Source: Intoshia linei (lineage: Eukaryota > Animalia > Orthonectida). Taken from it: 42,226 nucleotides of DNA. The stretch is from the NCBI GenBank assembly GCA_001642005.1, contig LWCA01000190.1, forward strand, positions 1-42,226, in the 5' to 3' direction. Below, one piece after another: positions 1-11,029 of this stretch (positions are counted from its first letter, which is position 1; every line of letters starts with the position of its first letter). Under the pieces are notes generated by a model. That model made no database searches. It worked only from the letters and a program-made list of their open reading frames with translations, and had not been told where the DNA came from. Made by a program: the position numbers and the translations under genes.

Positions 1-1169
1 TCAATTACTGTAAGCCTTTTCCCTGGAGAGATAAGTTTAAGAAATTTAATATTTTAAAAATATCAACCAGAAAAGCCAGGGAAAATAGCTAAATAACATC
101 CTAAAAATTTTTCTGCAAATAATGATTTGATTTTTCCAAAAAAAGTAGAATTTCACCATGAAGTATAAATGCTCGTTTTAATGCTTTTCCTTTTGACAAC
201 CATCGTACTTGGGTATGTAATAACAATGTTTCAAAATCAGCATCATTCTCAGAGCATAATAACGAAAAAAGACGACTGTTGAGGGAATTTGCTTTTATGA
301 AATTAATTGACTTCACTACTTCATTTAAAACAGTATTATGATATTTAGGCAACTTTTTAGAAACCAAGGCATGTCTATGTATGGTACAATGAGTACCAAT
401 CACATTTGGATATTTTTTTTTCACAAGAGTTTGAAATCCCGATCGACACCCTACTATTGAGGGCGCTCCATCTGTACAAATACTACACAAATTTTCCCAT
501 AAAAGTGAATATGCTTTAAAGAAATCCGAAACCTTCTTAAAAACTTCTTTTGCTGTAGTTCTAGATTCCAAATTTTCACAAAAAAGAAATTCATCTTCAA
601 AATCCCCATTCAAAACATAACGCACAAATACACAAAGTTGAGCATGATTTGCTAAGTCTGTAGTTTCATCGACTTGTATTGAAAACAAGCCAAATTTTGA
701 ATTTTTTATTTTTTCAACTACTTGTTCAATTATGTCATTTGTTCAAAGTGAAACATTCTTTGGTTTCCGGCCAGCATCTTATCCAATAATAAGAAATAAA
801 ATATCTTTGCAAGCCGGGCCAATCAAAGTTTCTCCTGTTTTTGGTGTGGTTTTCCAGTTCTTGGTATTCGCTGAGCTACTCTATATGATGCTTCAACACC
901 AGCTGCATTGGATTTGGTTAGTGTCCCATCTAAATCAAATCTTCACACACTAAGTGTGCTTCTAGTGGTCTAAAATAATCTATTCCTTTTTCAATATAGC
1001 TGGTGTGTTTTGTTTCTAAATGACGTTTCAATTTGCTTGGTTTAAGTGAAAAAACTGATAATGTTTCATAACAAACAACGCATTGCGGTTTAATAATACC
1101 CTCAACAATAATTGCTGTAAATCCAAAATCAATATAGGACTCTTGATATTTCCTTTTTTTATTATCCAT
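1..1169 (-). pseudogene. ZBED5/SCAND3/Buster-like hAT transposase pseudogene
   Basis: N-terminal KKRKYQESYIDFGF..PQCVVC..LKPSKLKRHLETKH (930-1169) and catalytic region FSIQVDETTD, CTDGAP, HCTIHRHAL, HTQVRWLSKGK (101-688). The segments are separated by frameshifts and stops. Confidence 0.92.
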
Positions 1170-1675
1170 AAATTAGTAAGTAAAGTAAGTTATAAATTAG
1201 GGTAAATGATTAATAAAATACTTATTGAAAATGAGCTTTATTTTCTTGAGACTAAGTAATGTTCAATTTACAATAAACTTATACATTATTTTTAATTGTA
1301 CAAACACTTGATTTTCTCCAGTAATGTACAAAAAGTACCTATAAATACAAATTCATGCTCAAATTTTAATAAAAAGTTCAGTTTGTAACCAGTGACCTGT
1401 TGTCAGTAAAGTCCTTAGAATCATTAAAGTCTATGTTCTAAATTGAGGTTAAATTAGGATTTCAAACACATCATAGCTCGTATGTTAGAGAAATTGAATT
1501 GTGTGACATAAATTTTCAATAACGAAAAAATGACGTTATTTTGATTATTATATGTGAAATTAATTCGATTTGTATTTTTAATTGTTAAATAACAACAAAT
1601 TATTTAAAAAATCAATTTATTTTTTATAATTCAAAATATTATTTAAACTTGCGGACCCAAGTTTGAGAACCACTG
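1..1675 (-). mobile_element. hAT (Buster/Charlie-type) DNA transposon, 5' part, decayed; runs off the window start
   Basis: The minus-strand terminus CAGTGGTTCTCAAACTTGGGTCCGC begins at 1675. It is flanked by ctcTAaac (1676-1683), which fits the NNNTANNN Buster target-site pattern. Transposase remnants lie inside. Confidence 0.9.
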
Positions 1676-1714
1676 CTCTAAACGGACGGTAACATATTAA
1701 ATACTATAGTAAAC

Positions 1715-2745
1715 ACTAAAAATATCAACATTTCATCATACATACAGTGTACATCAAATGTTCTTTATTTAATTTAAGTCACCAAATAAAAAGTATTTTT
1801 GTATTATTATAATTTTATATTTTTAATCTTTGCACATTTTTGAATATCGATGTTATTTTCTTATCAAAATTTAAGGTGCGCCCAAATTTTTATTTATTTC
1901 AAAGTGTTAAAAAAGATGAAGAAACACTGTGATATCCTATCCAATATATTAAATAATCATTAAAAAAATAATGTGGGTAATATCAAATAAGTACTATAAT
2001 ATGGGTAATATAGTAAAAAAGGTTATGAAACACTGGCCTAAGACTTATACTAATTATCTAACTTAGTTTGATGAATAATCTCTTGCACTTTTTTACAAGT
2101 AAATAAAAAATTGAAAGCGCCGATGAAAAAAATACTCACATTAGATAAACTTCGGGTGGCATATAATGATATGCACCAGATGGTAAAACTGGTATATAAT
2201 GATCATGATCAGTCAATTGAACACTGTGGTCGAAATCTATGATTTTCAATGATGTTCGTCCTAATAGCACATTTCCACTTTTAAAGTCATGATGAACAAT
2301 TTTCATTTCTTGGTGCAAATAAACCAAACCTTTTTGTAGTTGATCGACAAAAAAACTAATAATTGAATCTGTTAAAATGGGCTTGTCAGCAATAACCTTT
2401 TCCAAACAAACACTTTCAAAATGATTCATTGTAATCACAATATGTGAATTCAATATTATCGAAACTGAGTGAAATGAAATTATGTTTGCATGATTAAATT
2501 GTTGTAGGTGGTTTATTTCGCTTATTGTTTTATTTAAATCAATTTCATCCATATTGATCATTGATAGAATTTTGGCTGTAAAATATTTTTCTCGTTCTTT
2601 TATGTCGAGTACAACGCTACGGCTTCTAGAAATATATTTATAATGTTATCAAAAAAAGTTGTCAATTACCCGCGACCTAATAGTCTTCTTACTCTATTGT
2701 TTTCAATGTTTTTCAGTATTTTTTCAAAATTATTAATGTTTTGAC
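1715..2745 (-). CDS. Divergent Ser/Thr-type protein kinase domain, incomplete and probably disrupted (exons 2745-2670, 2625-2140, putative 1762-1715)
   Basis: Splicing a 44-nt intron (2626-2669) gives LGRGSRSVV..FTAKIL..IVHHDFKSGNVLL..KIIDFD..GAYHYMPPE (subdomains I-VIII). A GTGAGT donor at 2139 and an AAG acceptor at 1763 lead to ..MYDE/VDIFS (subdomain IX) with a 1-nt frameshift. The remaining C-lobe is not found in the window. Confidence 0.75.
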
Positions 2746-3476
2746 CTATATTTGTATAAATTGATGTACTTAATAATACAGAATAGTATTATAAAGTAAA
2801 AGCTGTTAAATATATGTGTCTGTTTAGGTATGACCATTTATTGAGATACCTGACAACCCTAGAAACTTCAAAAACAAAAATTCCAAACCTATTTCTTTTG
2901 CGTAATAATAAAACCACAATTTGACCGTTTTTTTTAAATAAAAAGAGTCGTACAATTTTATATAACTGCAACTTAAAGACTTATCTTCAGGGTCAAAGCT
3001 CAAAATTTCGTTTAATTTTTAATTATAAAACAAAATTAATAGTCCTAGAATTTAAAAAGTCAAATTAATGCAATTATATCCAGTTAACAAACAGCAAAAA
3101 TATTAATCTCACCAAGTTACACCTTCATTTTGTTATTAAACTCATCAAGTAAACAATTGAGCTAATTACTCTTGCATTCTTAATCTCGTTACATTTTTAA
3201 ACAAAATTTCAATAAAATAAAAAATTAAAGGTCCCAGAATTAAAAAAAGAAAATTATTCTAATAGAGTTTATTCTTATTGAACAATTTGTTTCCAAGTGA
3301 ATTATTAATAGTTTTAGATGGAAAAATATGACTCTTAAAAAGGTTGATAACCAGATATACCAGTCGTTCTTAATTTTACACCGTGACGCTTTAATGCGTC
3401 GCAATAAAAAATTAGGTGCGTCACGAGATATTTAATTAGACAAATTTGCAAATTACACATCAAATTTATATATTTA

Positions 3477-4633
3477 CTAGGTTGATTGTTATGTACTACG
3501 TATTAACAGCACCTAGATCTGTCGAGGGCACATTCTTATTATACCAAAAAAATAAATTAACGTTAAAAACCTAACTTAAAAATGCTAATATTCACTATTA
3601 TCAATCATTTAAAGGAGTGGTTCCCAAACTTGTTTCAAGTGGAACCGTCATATCACATTACTTTTTACTTTAAAGTGAATTATAATTCTTAATAATTATT
3701 CCATCTTAATTTTTTTGTTAACATTTGCATATAGAATTTTTAAAACAATTGTTATACATTTTTTAATATATCAGACAAACAAAATGTTTTGAAAATAAGA
3801 ATTTAAAAATTGCGTAGCAATGAAATAAATTCCGAAGGAATGAATTATACAGATTTTTACCCATATTTCTTTATTGGAAAAGTGTAGACGTTCACTGCAT
3901 ATTTTTTTTGAAATTGTAGGATCAATATTTACATTTTCAATTTTTATTTTACATGTTAATCGAAATATTTGAAAAATATTGGTTGATAATATATTAAAAA
4001 TTAATTTTCATCGGGAAGACGTAGATTTCTCTGGTTGAACTTTTGTATTTATATTAACTGGAATAAGCTCTATCAGAATAATCTTTAATTTTAATTTTCG
4101 GATTTTTTTAATCTTTAATTATTTCACATTTTTTGTTTTAATAAAATATTTCGGAAAAAAAAAATATGAATACTAAAATGCCTTTTTGACCGTGAAGTCG
4201 TCACTTATTCTGATTGAAATTTTTTATGTGTGTTAACATGATACAACTCTATCACCTGTAAATTTTGAAATTCTAGGGCTGTTTTCAAAAAAATTCATTT
4301 AGGGTTTTGGCCCTGAAGATATAATTTTTTTAAATTTATGATAATGTTTATTATTTTACAATCCCTATCAGCGTATATATTTTTTTAAATTTTCCAACTC
4401 GTTTAATTTTAAAAAAAAGGACAATTAGGGTTTTTGACCCGTAAGATGTGAGTTTGGGATATTGAAATTATCATTAATTGAAATTATTATATGAAAATTA
4501 TTACAATCTTATTATCACCTCCGGAAACAACTGTAATTGAAATGTGGACTTTATATAATTCTAAGACTGGTAGTTATTGAAATAAAATGGAACACACAAA
4601 CAAATATTGCATAGCTTATTATATAAGTAAGGA
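3477..4633 (-). mobile_element. Non-autonomous Helitron-like element, copy 1
   Basis: On the minus strand it starts A|TCCTTACTTATATAA and ends with a subterminal hairpin plus CTAG|T. It is colinear with the copies at 26973-27688, 32442-33649 and about 7330-8253. Confidence 0.85.
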
Positions 4634-5677
4634 TTTGTACATGAATTTGTTTGTGTTTTGTTATTTTCTTTAATTTTTTATTTTAACGTATGTTAGTGGA
4701 AGACAAATAAATCGCCAAACGTTATGTAGTGTCATTTTAATAATGTTTAAAGATTTGAGTCCATATTTTTTTGGTAACTATTCCAGCAAAATTTACGGAA
4801 AAATCGATTTGAGATGTTAAGAAATTTTTTTACATTATGGGTGTACCGTCAAATGTTTCATTATATTAGAGTGCGCCGCAACAGTAAAAAGTTTAGGAAA
4901 CACTGCGATATACAATAATGTAGTGAATAAACAAATTTTTTGGAATATTCAATAAGAAATGTATTACACTCTAAACCAGGGGTCGGCAACCTTTTACATC
5001 CCGTGGGCCACTTTTTTATATCAAAAAATTCTTTAGCATCGTTTATGAAAATATACACAATAGGTAATAAAATGTGTGTGACACGTGATACATACTCTAT
5101 ATCAGTGATTCCCACCGTGTTGATATTTACCCATGAGTGGGTAATTTGATGTTTTGTGTGGGTAATAGCGAAATTTGCTGTAAAAAATAAATTTTTTTTT
5201 ACTTTTTGTCATGTACTAATTGAATATCCTTACTTATTTAAAATAAAATGGTTAAAAATATATGTCTGTTTATTTATTGATTTATAAAATTTTAGCATCG
5301 AAAAAATTGTTGTTCAAAAGCCGCAATGTGTATCCTTTACACTTGTATAAACTTGAATGTGTGCGTAGCCGTTTAATTAAAGAATTAAGTTCTATAATTT
5401 AAAAAAATATCAAAATAAGTACATGTACAGTGTATATAATATGGTTAATGCGGTAAAAAAGGGAGGTATATGTATGTTCATATATTTACATAAAGATTGA
5501 TATGATAAAAAATAATTGCCAAAAAATTGCGGTAATTATAATTCAATCCTAGTTATTGGAGACTATTTTGTAATAGGAAAATTTTCACATGTCTAATAAA
5601 TGAGAAATTATAGTAAAACACCAAATCACAGATAAATAAGGCGAATGAATTGTGATACCCTATAGTTTTAAATATAC

Positions 5678-5929
5678 CCAACATGCTCTGAAAGTAAATA
5701 ATCTTTTCCGTATTTTCATCATCTTTGGTAAAACTATTTCTATTGGGTTCCATGTATTCACAATAATCAGAATCAAAATAGCCTGGAATTGATTGTAGGT
5801 GTTTAACAAAAGTAGGTAATTTAACATCGGCGATTTGAGTATTATAACTGTCTAAAATAATTATAACCAGGTAAAAAATAAGATACAAATGTGATTGGCC
5901 TGGAAATTATCGAGATTTTGTTGCGACAT
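5678..5929 (-). CDS. Two open 5' exons (5929-5887, 5851-5678) of an unnamed gene, probably the N-terminus of the kinase
   Basis: ATG at 5929 and a 35-nt GT-AG intron give MSQQNLDNFQANHIYSYNTQIADVKLPTF..FQSMLG. The phase-1 donor at 5677 is compatible with the phase-1 kinase acceptor at 2746. The link between them is inferred. Confidence 0.55.
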
Positions 5930-6018
5930 TAGAATAAAATTTCACGTTAGAATATTAAATATTTGTTTGCAACGACGAAAAGGTAATAAGATAAAAAAAT
6001 GTATTTATTAAATGTACA

Positions 6019-7206
6019 TTAGTTAAAGTCAATTGCATTTTTTTAATATGTCAATGACTGCTCCAGATATGTTATCAAACCCCTAAAATAATATTAGTTG
6101 GCGGCATTATTTGGAAAAAATCCAAAATCAAAATTAATTACTTGGATTCCAACTACACTGCACCAAACAATTTTTCTGGTGCTCCTCTGATAGTCAAATT
6201 TACATTGTTCCACCATTTCTACCAATTTCATACTAAATAATATTACATATCAATATTTTTAAAAGAACGTTAATCATTTTTATCTTTTTTTTTATATTTT
6301 TTATTAATGGTCGGATAAAAGTAAGATTTTTGAAATAATAATGTAGCACCCATCTAGGCTTTGGGAAATATTCTCAACATCTGGAAAATACCCGAAATTT
6401 TGAATATTTTCAGTAATTTCCCGAAAAAAAGTGTTAACCAAATTAAAACCTACCTACCTAGTTCGAGACCACACAAAAATTAAAAATAGGCCCCTAAAAA
6501 CATTTTTAACCAACTATGCAGTGTCATAACTCCTAATAATCTCTATAACGTCCTTAACTTGATATTTTAAATTTATCACACAGAATTTTTGATATTCAAG
6601 AATATAATTTTTTAATGTTTAATTAGTAAAACTGGCGCTATCTGTACATTGAATTTTTTATATTTGGATATTATAATAAATTCTTTTTTGAAATTTCCTG
6701 GGAAATCACAATCACTGCTCGCATCTCTGTCATACATATTCAAAATAAAGAAAAGGTAATAAATTTTTGTTTATATTTTATTTAAATATCAGTGATATTA
6801 TATCACCAAGCCCAATCTGGAATCCCTGCCTAAATAATATGCGTGATGTAAAATTTAACAGTACTATTCCAATTCCAATATATTCCAATTACTTCATATA
6901 AAGTAGCTAACACAGATAGTAATAAAATAGTAAAACCTTTCCTAGGATCTGAGATATGAATTTAATCCTTTAACTAATTGTCCTTCAACGTGAGCAGTTT
7001 TAATAACATGCTGTAAAGCTTCATCATCAGTAGTTCCAATCACAACAAAATCTCTAATTATACAATTAGTCAAAAATATATTAAATTTATAAATATAAAT
7101 CATTTCAATTGATAAAAAAATTAAACATAGAAACAGTTATGAGCATGATTAAATCCACCATCATATATTGACATCATTATATTAAAGTAAATACTCACCC
7201 TGACAT
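6019..7206 (-). pseudogene. RPS12: Duplicated (intron-containing) RPS12 pseudogene
   Basis: Same exon structure as 8948-11029. It has a TTG>TAG stop at 6942-6944, most of exon 3 deleted and an 11-nt deletion at the start of exon 4. Confidence 0.9.
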
Positions 7207-7329
7207 TATATGCTTTTAATTTATAAATTTCCAAACATTAGAGAGATATATAACATACCATAGTGTACATTTTTCAAAAACCTGACAGCGTAACTGATTT
7301 TTTTTTAAATTAACTATTTAAATAAAAAC

Positions 7330-8253
7330 CTTTTTTCAATGATTTTTTAATAAACAAGGTCTTACAAATGTGTAAGGGAAATATCCTTATTTTTCAATGT
7401 TTTTTTTAAAAAACAAGGTCTTACAAATGAATTAAAAAATTCAAATTTCTAATACAGTTTTGCGAGAGTGATGTTTTTGTGTATTTTCATATATTGACTC
7501 CTCCAGGGTAAAAAACCCAATTTACCTTTTTTTTAAACTAAAATCAGCTTCATAAAATTAAGAAATGATTATATTTTACTATTCTGTAAATTACTTTTTA
7601 AAAATGTTATATTGTACTTATTCTAAAAACCTGACCAATTTGCTGTCACAGTGATTCTTATCCTATGCACCATGAGTAGAGTTCAGGTGCACCGCAAAAA
7701 AATTAACTTTATTTTATATATTTTTCAGAATTAGTGTTAAATTTTTACATTTCAATTTGTTTCATTGCTACGCAATTTTTAAATCTCCGTAACATAGTCT
7801 ATCATTTAATATTAATTTAAAACTAACTTAGATTAGAATAGTTACAAGACAAATCTATGATCACTCACTATCAAGACTTATAAATATATTTCTAATTAAA
7901 TAAAATATTGCTTTTTTGTGTCTTAAGTCTTAATAACACCAGATATCTTGATCGATAACTATATTTCGTCTCACACACGTTACAATCTCAAATTCTCATT
8001 TCCAAAACATTGTTTTTAAAATTCTATATGCAAATGTTAACAAAAAAAATTAAGATGGGATAATTCACTTTAAAGTAAAAAGAAATGTGATATGATGGTT
8101 CCACCTGAAACAAGTTTGGGAACCACTTCTTTAAAAGATTGATAATAGTGAATAGTAGGATTTTTAACGTGAATTAATATTTTAAGTATAATAAAAATGG
8201 GCCCTCGACAAAGCTAGGTCCTGTTTGTACGTAGTACATAACAGTCAACCTAG
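7330..8253 (+). mobile_element. Degenerate Helitron-like element, copy 2, at the duplication junction
   Basis: 3' hairpin ctgtttgtacgtagtacataacag followed by CTAG|T at 8250-8254. The 3' region is the reverse complement of part of copy 1. The 5' boundary is approximate. Confidence 0.75.
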
Positions 8254-8639
8254 TTGATTTATAAAATTTTAGCATCTAAAAAATTAATGTTCAAGAGCTG
8301 CAATGACATTGCAGTGAAATGTGTATCCTTTACACTTGTATAAAAGTGAATGTGTGCATAATCATTTAATTAAAAATACATAGTTCTTGAATTTAAAATA
8401 ATATAAAATTAAGTACTATAATATGGGTAATGCAGTAAAAAAGGGTGGTAAACTCTGCTCTATATCTAGGTTCATATATTTACATAAAAACTGATATAAA
8501 AAAAATAATAATTCAATCCTAGTTATTGGGGACTATTTTGTATTAATAAAATTTTCACAAATCTAAGCAATAATACTAATCTCCAAATCACAAATGAATA
8601 AGGCGAATGAATTGTGATACCCTATAGTTTTAAATGTAC

Positions 8640-8858
8640 CCAACATGCTCTAAAAGTAAATAATCTTTTTCTTATTTTCATCATCCTTGGTAAAACTTTT
8701 TATTTAGTACCATGTATTCACAATAGCCTGGAATTGATTGTAGGTAATTTAACATCGGCAATCTGACTATTATAACTGTCTAAAATAATTATAAAACCCG
8801 GTAATATGCAAATAGAAATGTGATTGGTCTGGAAAATGTCGAGATTTTTTTGCGACAT
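8640..8858 (-). pseudogene. Dead duplicate of the exons at 5678-5929
   Basis: Donor GT>CT, 17-nt and 15-nt deletions between short direct repeats, and CAG>TAG at 8650-8652 relative to copy A. Confidence 0.75.
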
Positions 8859-8947
8859 TAAAATAAAATTTCACGTTTGAATATTACATATTAGTTTGCA
8901 ACGACAAAAAAATACTAAGATGGAAAAATTTATTTATTAAATGTACA

Positions 8948-11029
8948 TTAGTTAAAATCAATTGCATTTTTTTTGACAATATCAACGGCTGCTCCAGACA
9001 TGTTATCGAACCCCTAAAATAATATTAGTTGGCGGCATTATTTAGAAAAAATTTAAATTAAAAATTAATTACTTGGATTCCAACTACACTGCACGAAACA
9101 ATTTTTCTGGCGTTACTCTGATTGTCAAATTTACATTGTCCCACCATTTCTCCCAATTTCATATTGTTTTCATGCTAAATAATTTTACATATCAGTATTT
9201 TTAAAAAAACGTTAATCATTTTTATCTTTTTTTCTTTACATAGCGCTTTTACTACATCCTTGTATTTTTGAACTTCACAATTATCAGCTAAAATGCACAA
9301 ATCCACTTCTTTTCTAAATAAAATTGATTCAATTGCGTCAATGAAACAGTAAATATTTTTTTAATTATACAATTTCCATTTGCATATCATATTACATCTT
9401 AAAATTACATGAGATATGCTAAGGCTGTTTCAAATTCATTAAATTAATTGTAAGTGACAACTTATTTTTATAAATGTAAATAAATTTTGTTAAACTGTAT
9501 TGATACTGTAATTCCGGATGAAGTGAATTTTTCAAAAAAAATATTGGTAAAAGTAATATTTTTGAAATAATAATGTAGCTTGCCATCTAGGCTTTCTAAA
9601 TACGCTACACCTGGAAAATTAGTTAACATTTTAAATATTTCCAAAAAAAGTATTGGAAAAATGATATTTTTCCATTAAGGGCTGGAAAATTAAATTTTTT
9701 ATTTGTGGTTTGATGAAATATATTTTTTTCATAAGATTTCGTAAAATCGGATTTTTGAAAAGAATATCGGTGCAAGTGAATTTTTCCATGAGGGTTTGAA
9801 ATGTCATTTTTGATTAAATTTTATTAATGGTGGGTAGACCTGTTCATGGTTTGGTTTATATTCTGTTTTGTAAATGGTTTAAACCATTTATCTTTAATAA
9901 ATTTATTTTCATTTTATTTGAATATATACTTTTGATATAACTCACTGGTGATGTCTAACTGGCAGAGTGGTTATAGTCATATAATTGTATTCTGTGTGGC
10001 TAGTTTCGAATCGAGATTTGGACATCTTTTTATTTAAGATGAACTTATAAAATAAATAAATATACATTTAAATGGTTAAACCAGCTAGTAAACCGATTAA
10101 ATGGTTTATGGTTCTGAACCAAACCAAACCATGAACAGGTCTAGTGATGAGATTTTTAAAATGGTAAATTTTAAATATTATAATATAATCAAATTTTCAT
10201 AGTAATAACAAACATGAATCAAATACATGTGTCTCAATTTTTTTCTGGAAATTCCGGGAAATCGTAAAAATCCCGGAAATTTTGTCCCGGCACAATCACT
10301 ACTAACAATCTCTCTAATGTCCTTGACTTGATATTTTAAATTTATTACACAAAATTTTTGATATTCAAGAATATAATTTTTTAATGCTTAATTTAAAAAA
10401 ATGAGGCCAGGATTTTACAAAAATTTCGTTAATCTTCGATTAGTATGGTATAACTAGGATTTATTAATCGCATTAATCTGGCGCTACCTATACTACTACC
10501 TGTAGATTGAATTTTTTATACTTGGATATTATATGAATAAATTTTTTTTGAAATTTTCCGGGAAATCACAATCACTACTGGCAATTCTGTAATAAATATT
10601 AAAAATAAAAAAAATGATAAATTTTTGTATTTAATTTTATTTAAATATCACGAAGCCCAATCGGGAATCCCTGCCTTAACACTATGTGTGTGTTAAAGTT
10701 TAACAGTACTATATATTCCAATTACTTCATATAAAGTAGCTAACACAGATAGAGGTAAAATATACCGTTCCAAGGATCTGAGGCATGAATTTAATCCTTT
10801 AACTAATTGTCCTTGAACGTGAGCAGTTTTAATAACATGCTGTAAAGCTTCATCATCGGTAGTTCCAATAACAACAAAATCTCTAATTGTACAATTAGTC
10901 AAAAATATATTAAATTTATAATTATAAATCATTTCAATTGATAAAAATGAAACATAGAAACAGTAATGAGCATGATTAAATTCACCGTCATTGACATCAT
11001 TCTATTAAAGTAAAGTCTTACCCTGACAT
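8948..11029 (-). CDS. RPS12: 40S ribosomal protein S12 (eS12, L7Ae family), 131 aa, 5 exons
   Basis: Exons 11029-11022, 10882-10766, 9313-9211, 9174-9073 and 9013-8948 are all GT-AG and in phase. Protein: MSGDFVVIGTTDDEALQHVIKTAHVQGQLVKGLNSCLRSLERKEVDLCILADNCEVQKYKDVVKALCKEKKIKMINHENNMKLGEMVGQCKFDNQSNARKIVSCSVVGIQ.., matching the eS12 motifs ALQEVLKTA, LCVLASNC, KLGEWVGLCK and RKVVGCS. Confidence 0.93.
9835..10143. mobile_element. 309-bp MITE (hAT-like) in RPS12 intron 2
   Basis: Perfect 23-bp terminal inverted repeats TAGACCTGTTCATGGTTTGGTTT (9835-9857 and 10121-10143), subterminal AATGGTT/AAACC motifs and a degenerate 8-bp TSD (atggtggg/gtgatgag). Absent from duplication copy A. Confidence 0.85.
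9950..10031 (+). ncRNA. tRNA-like Pol III transcription unit (degenerate tRNA, SINE head or vault-RNA-like)
   Basis: Box A TGGCAGAGTGG (9960-9970), box-B-like TTTCGAATC (10004-10012), 9-bp terminal stem GATGTCTAA/TTGGACATC and a T5 terminator immediately after. The canonical T-stem does not pair, so it is not called a functional tRNA. Confidence 0.6.

Larger units (their letters stand above)
5277..7320. repeat. Tandem segmental duplication, unit A (paralogous to 8254-11130)
   Basis: Colinear similarity runs from ttgatttataaaattttagcatc (5277 and 8254) to tacatttttcaaaaac (about 7270 and 11095). The right boundary is approximate. Confidence 0.9.

Noticed and set aside
732-953. 73-aa plus-strand ORF
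   Set aside because: Antisense shadow of the hAT transposase pseudogene.
4861-5149. Overlapping ORFs on both strands
   Set aside because: They span two abutting hAT-type MITE ends (..tttaggaaacactg and caggggtcggcaacc) and have no protein motif.
9953-10024. Functional tRNA-Thr(UGU) gene
   Set aside because: The T-stem does not pair, G53 is absent and the anticodon arm has mismatches. Kept only as a tRNA-like RNA.
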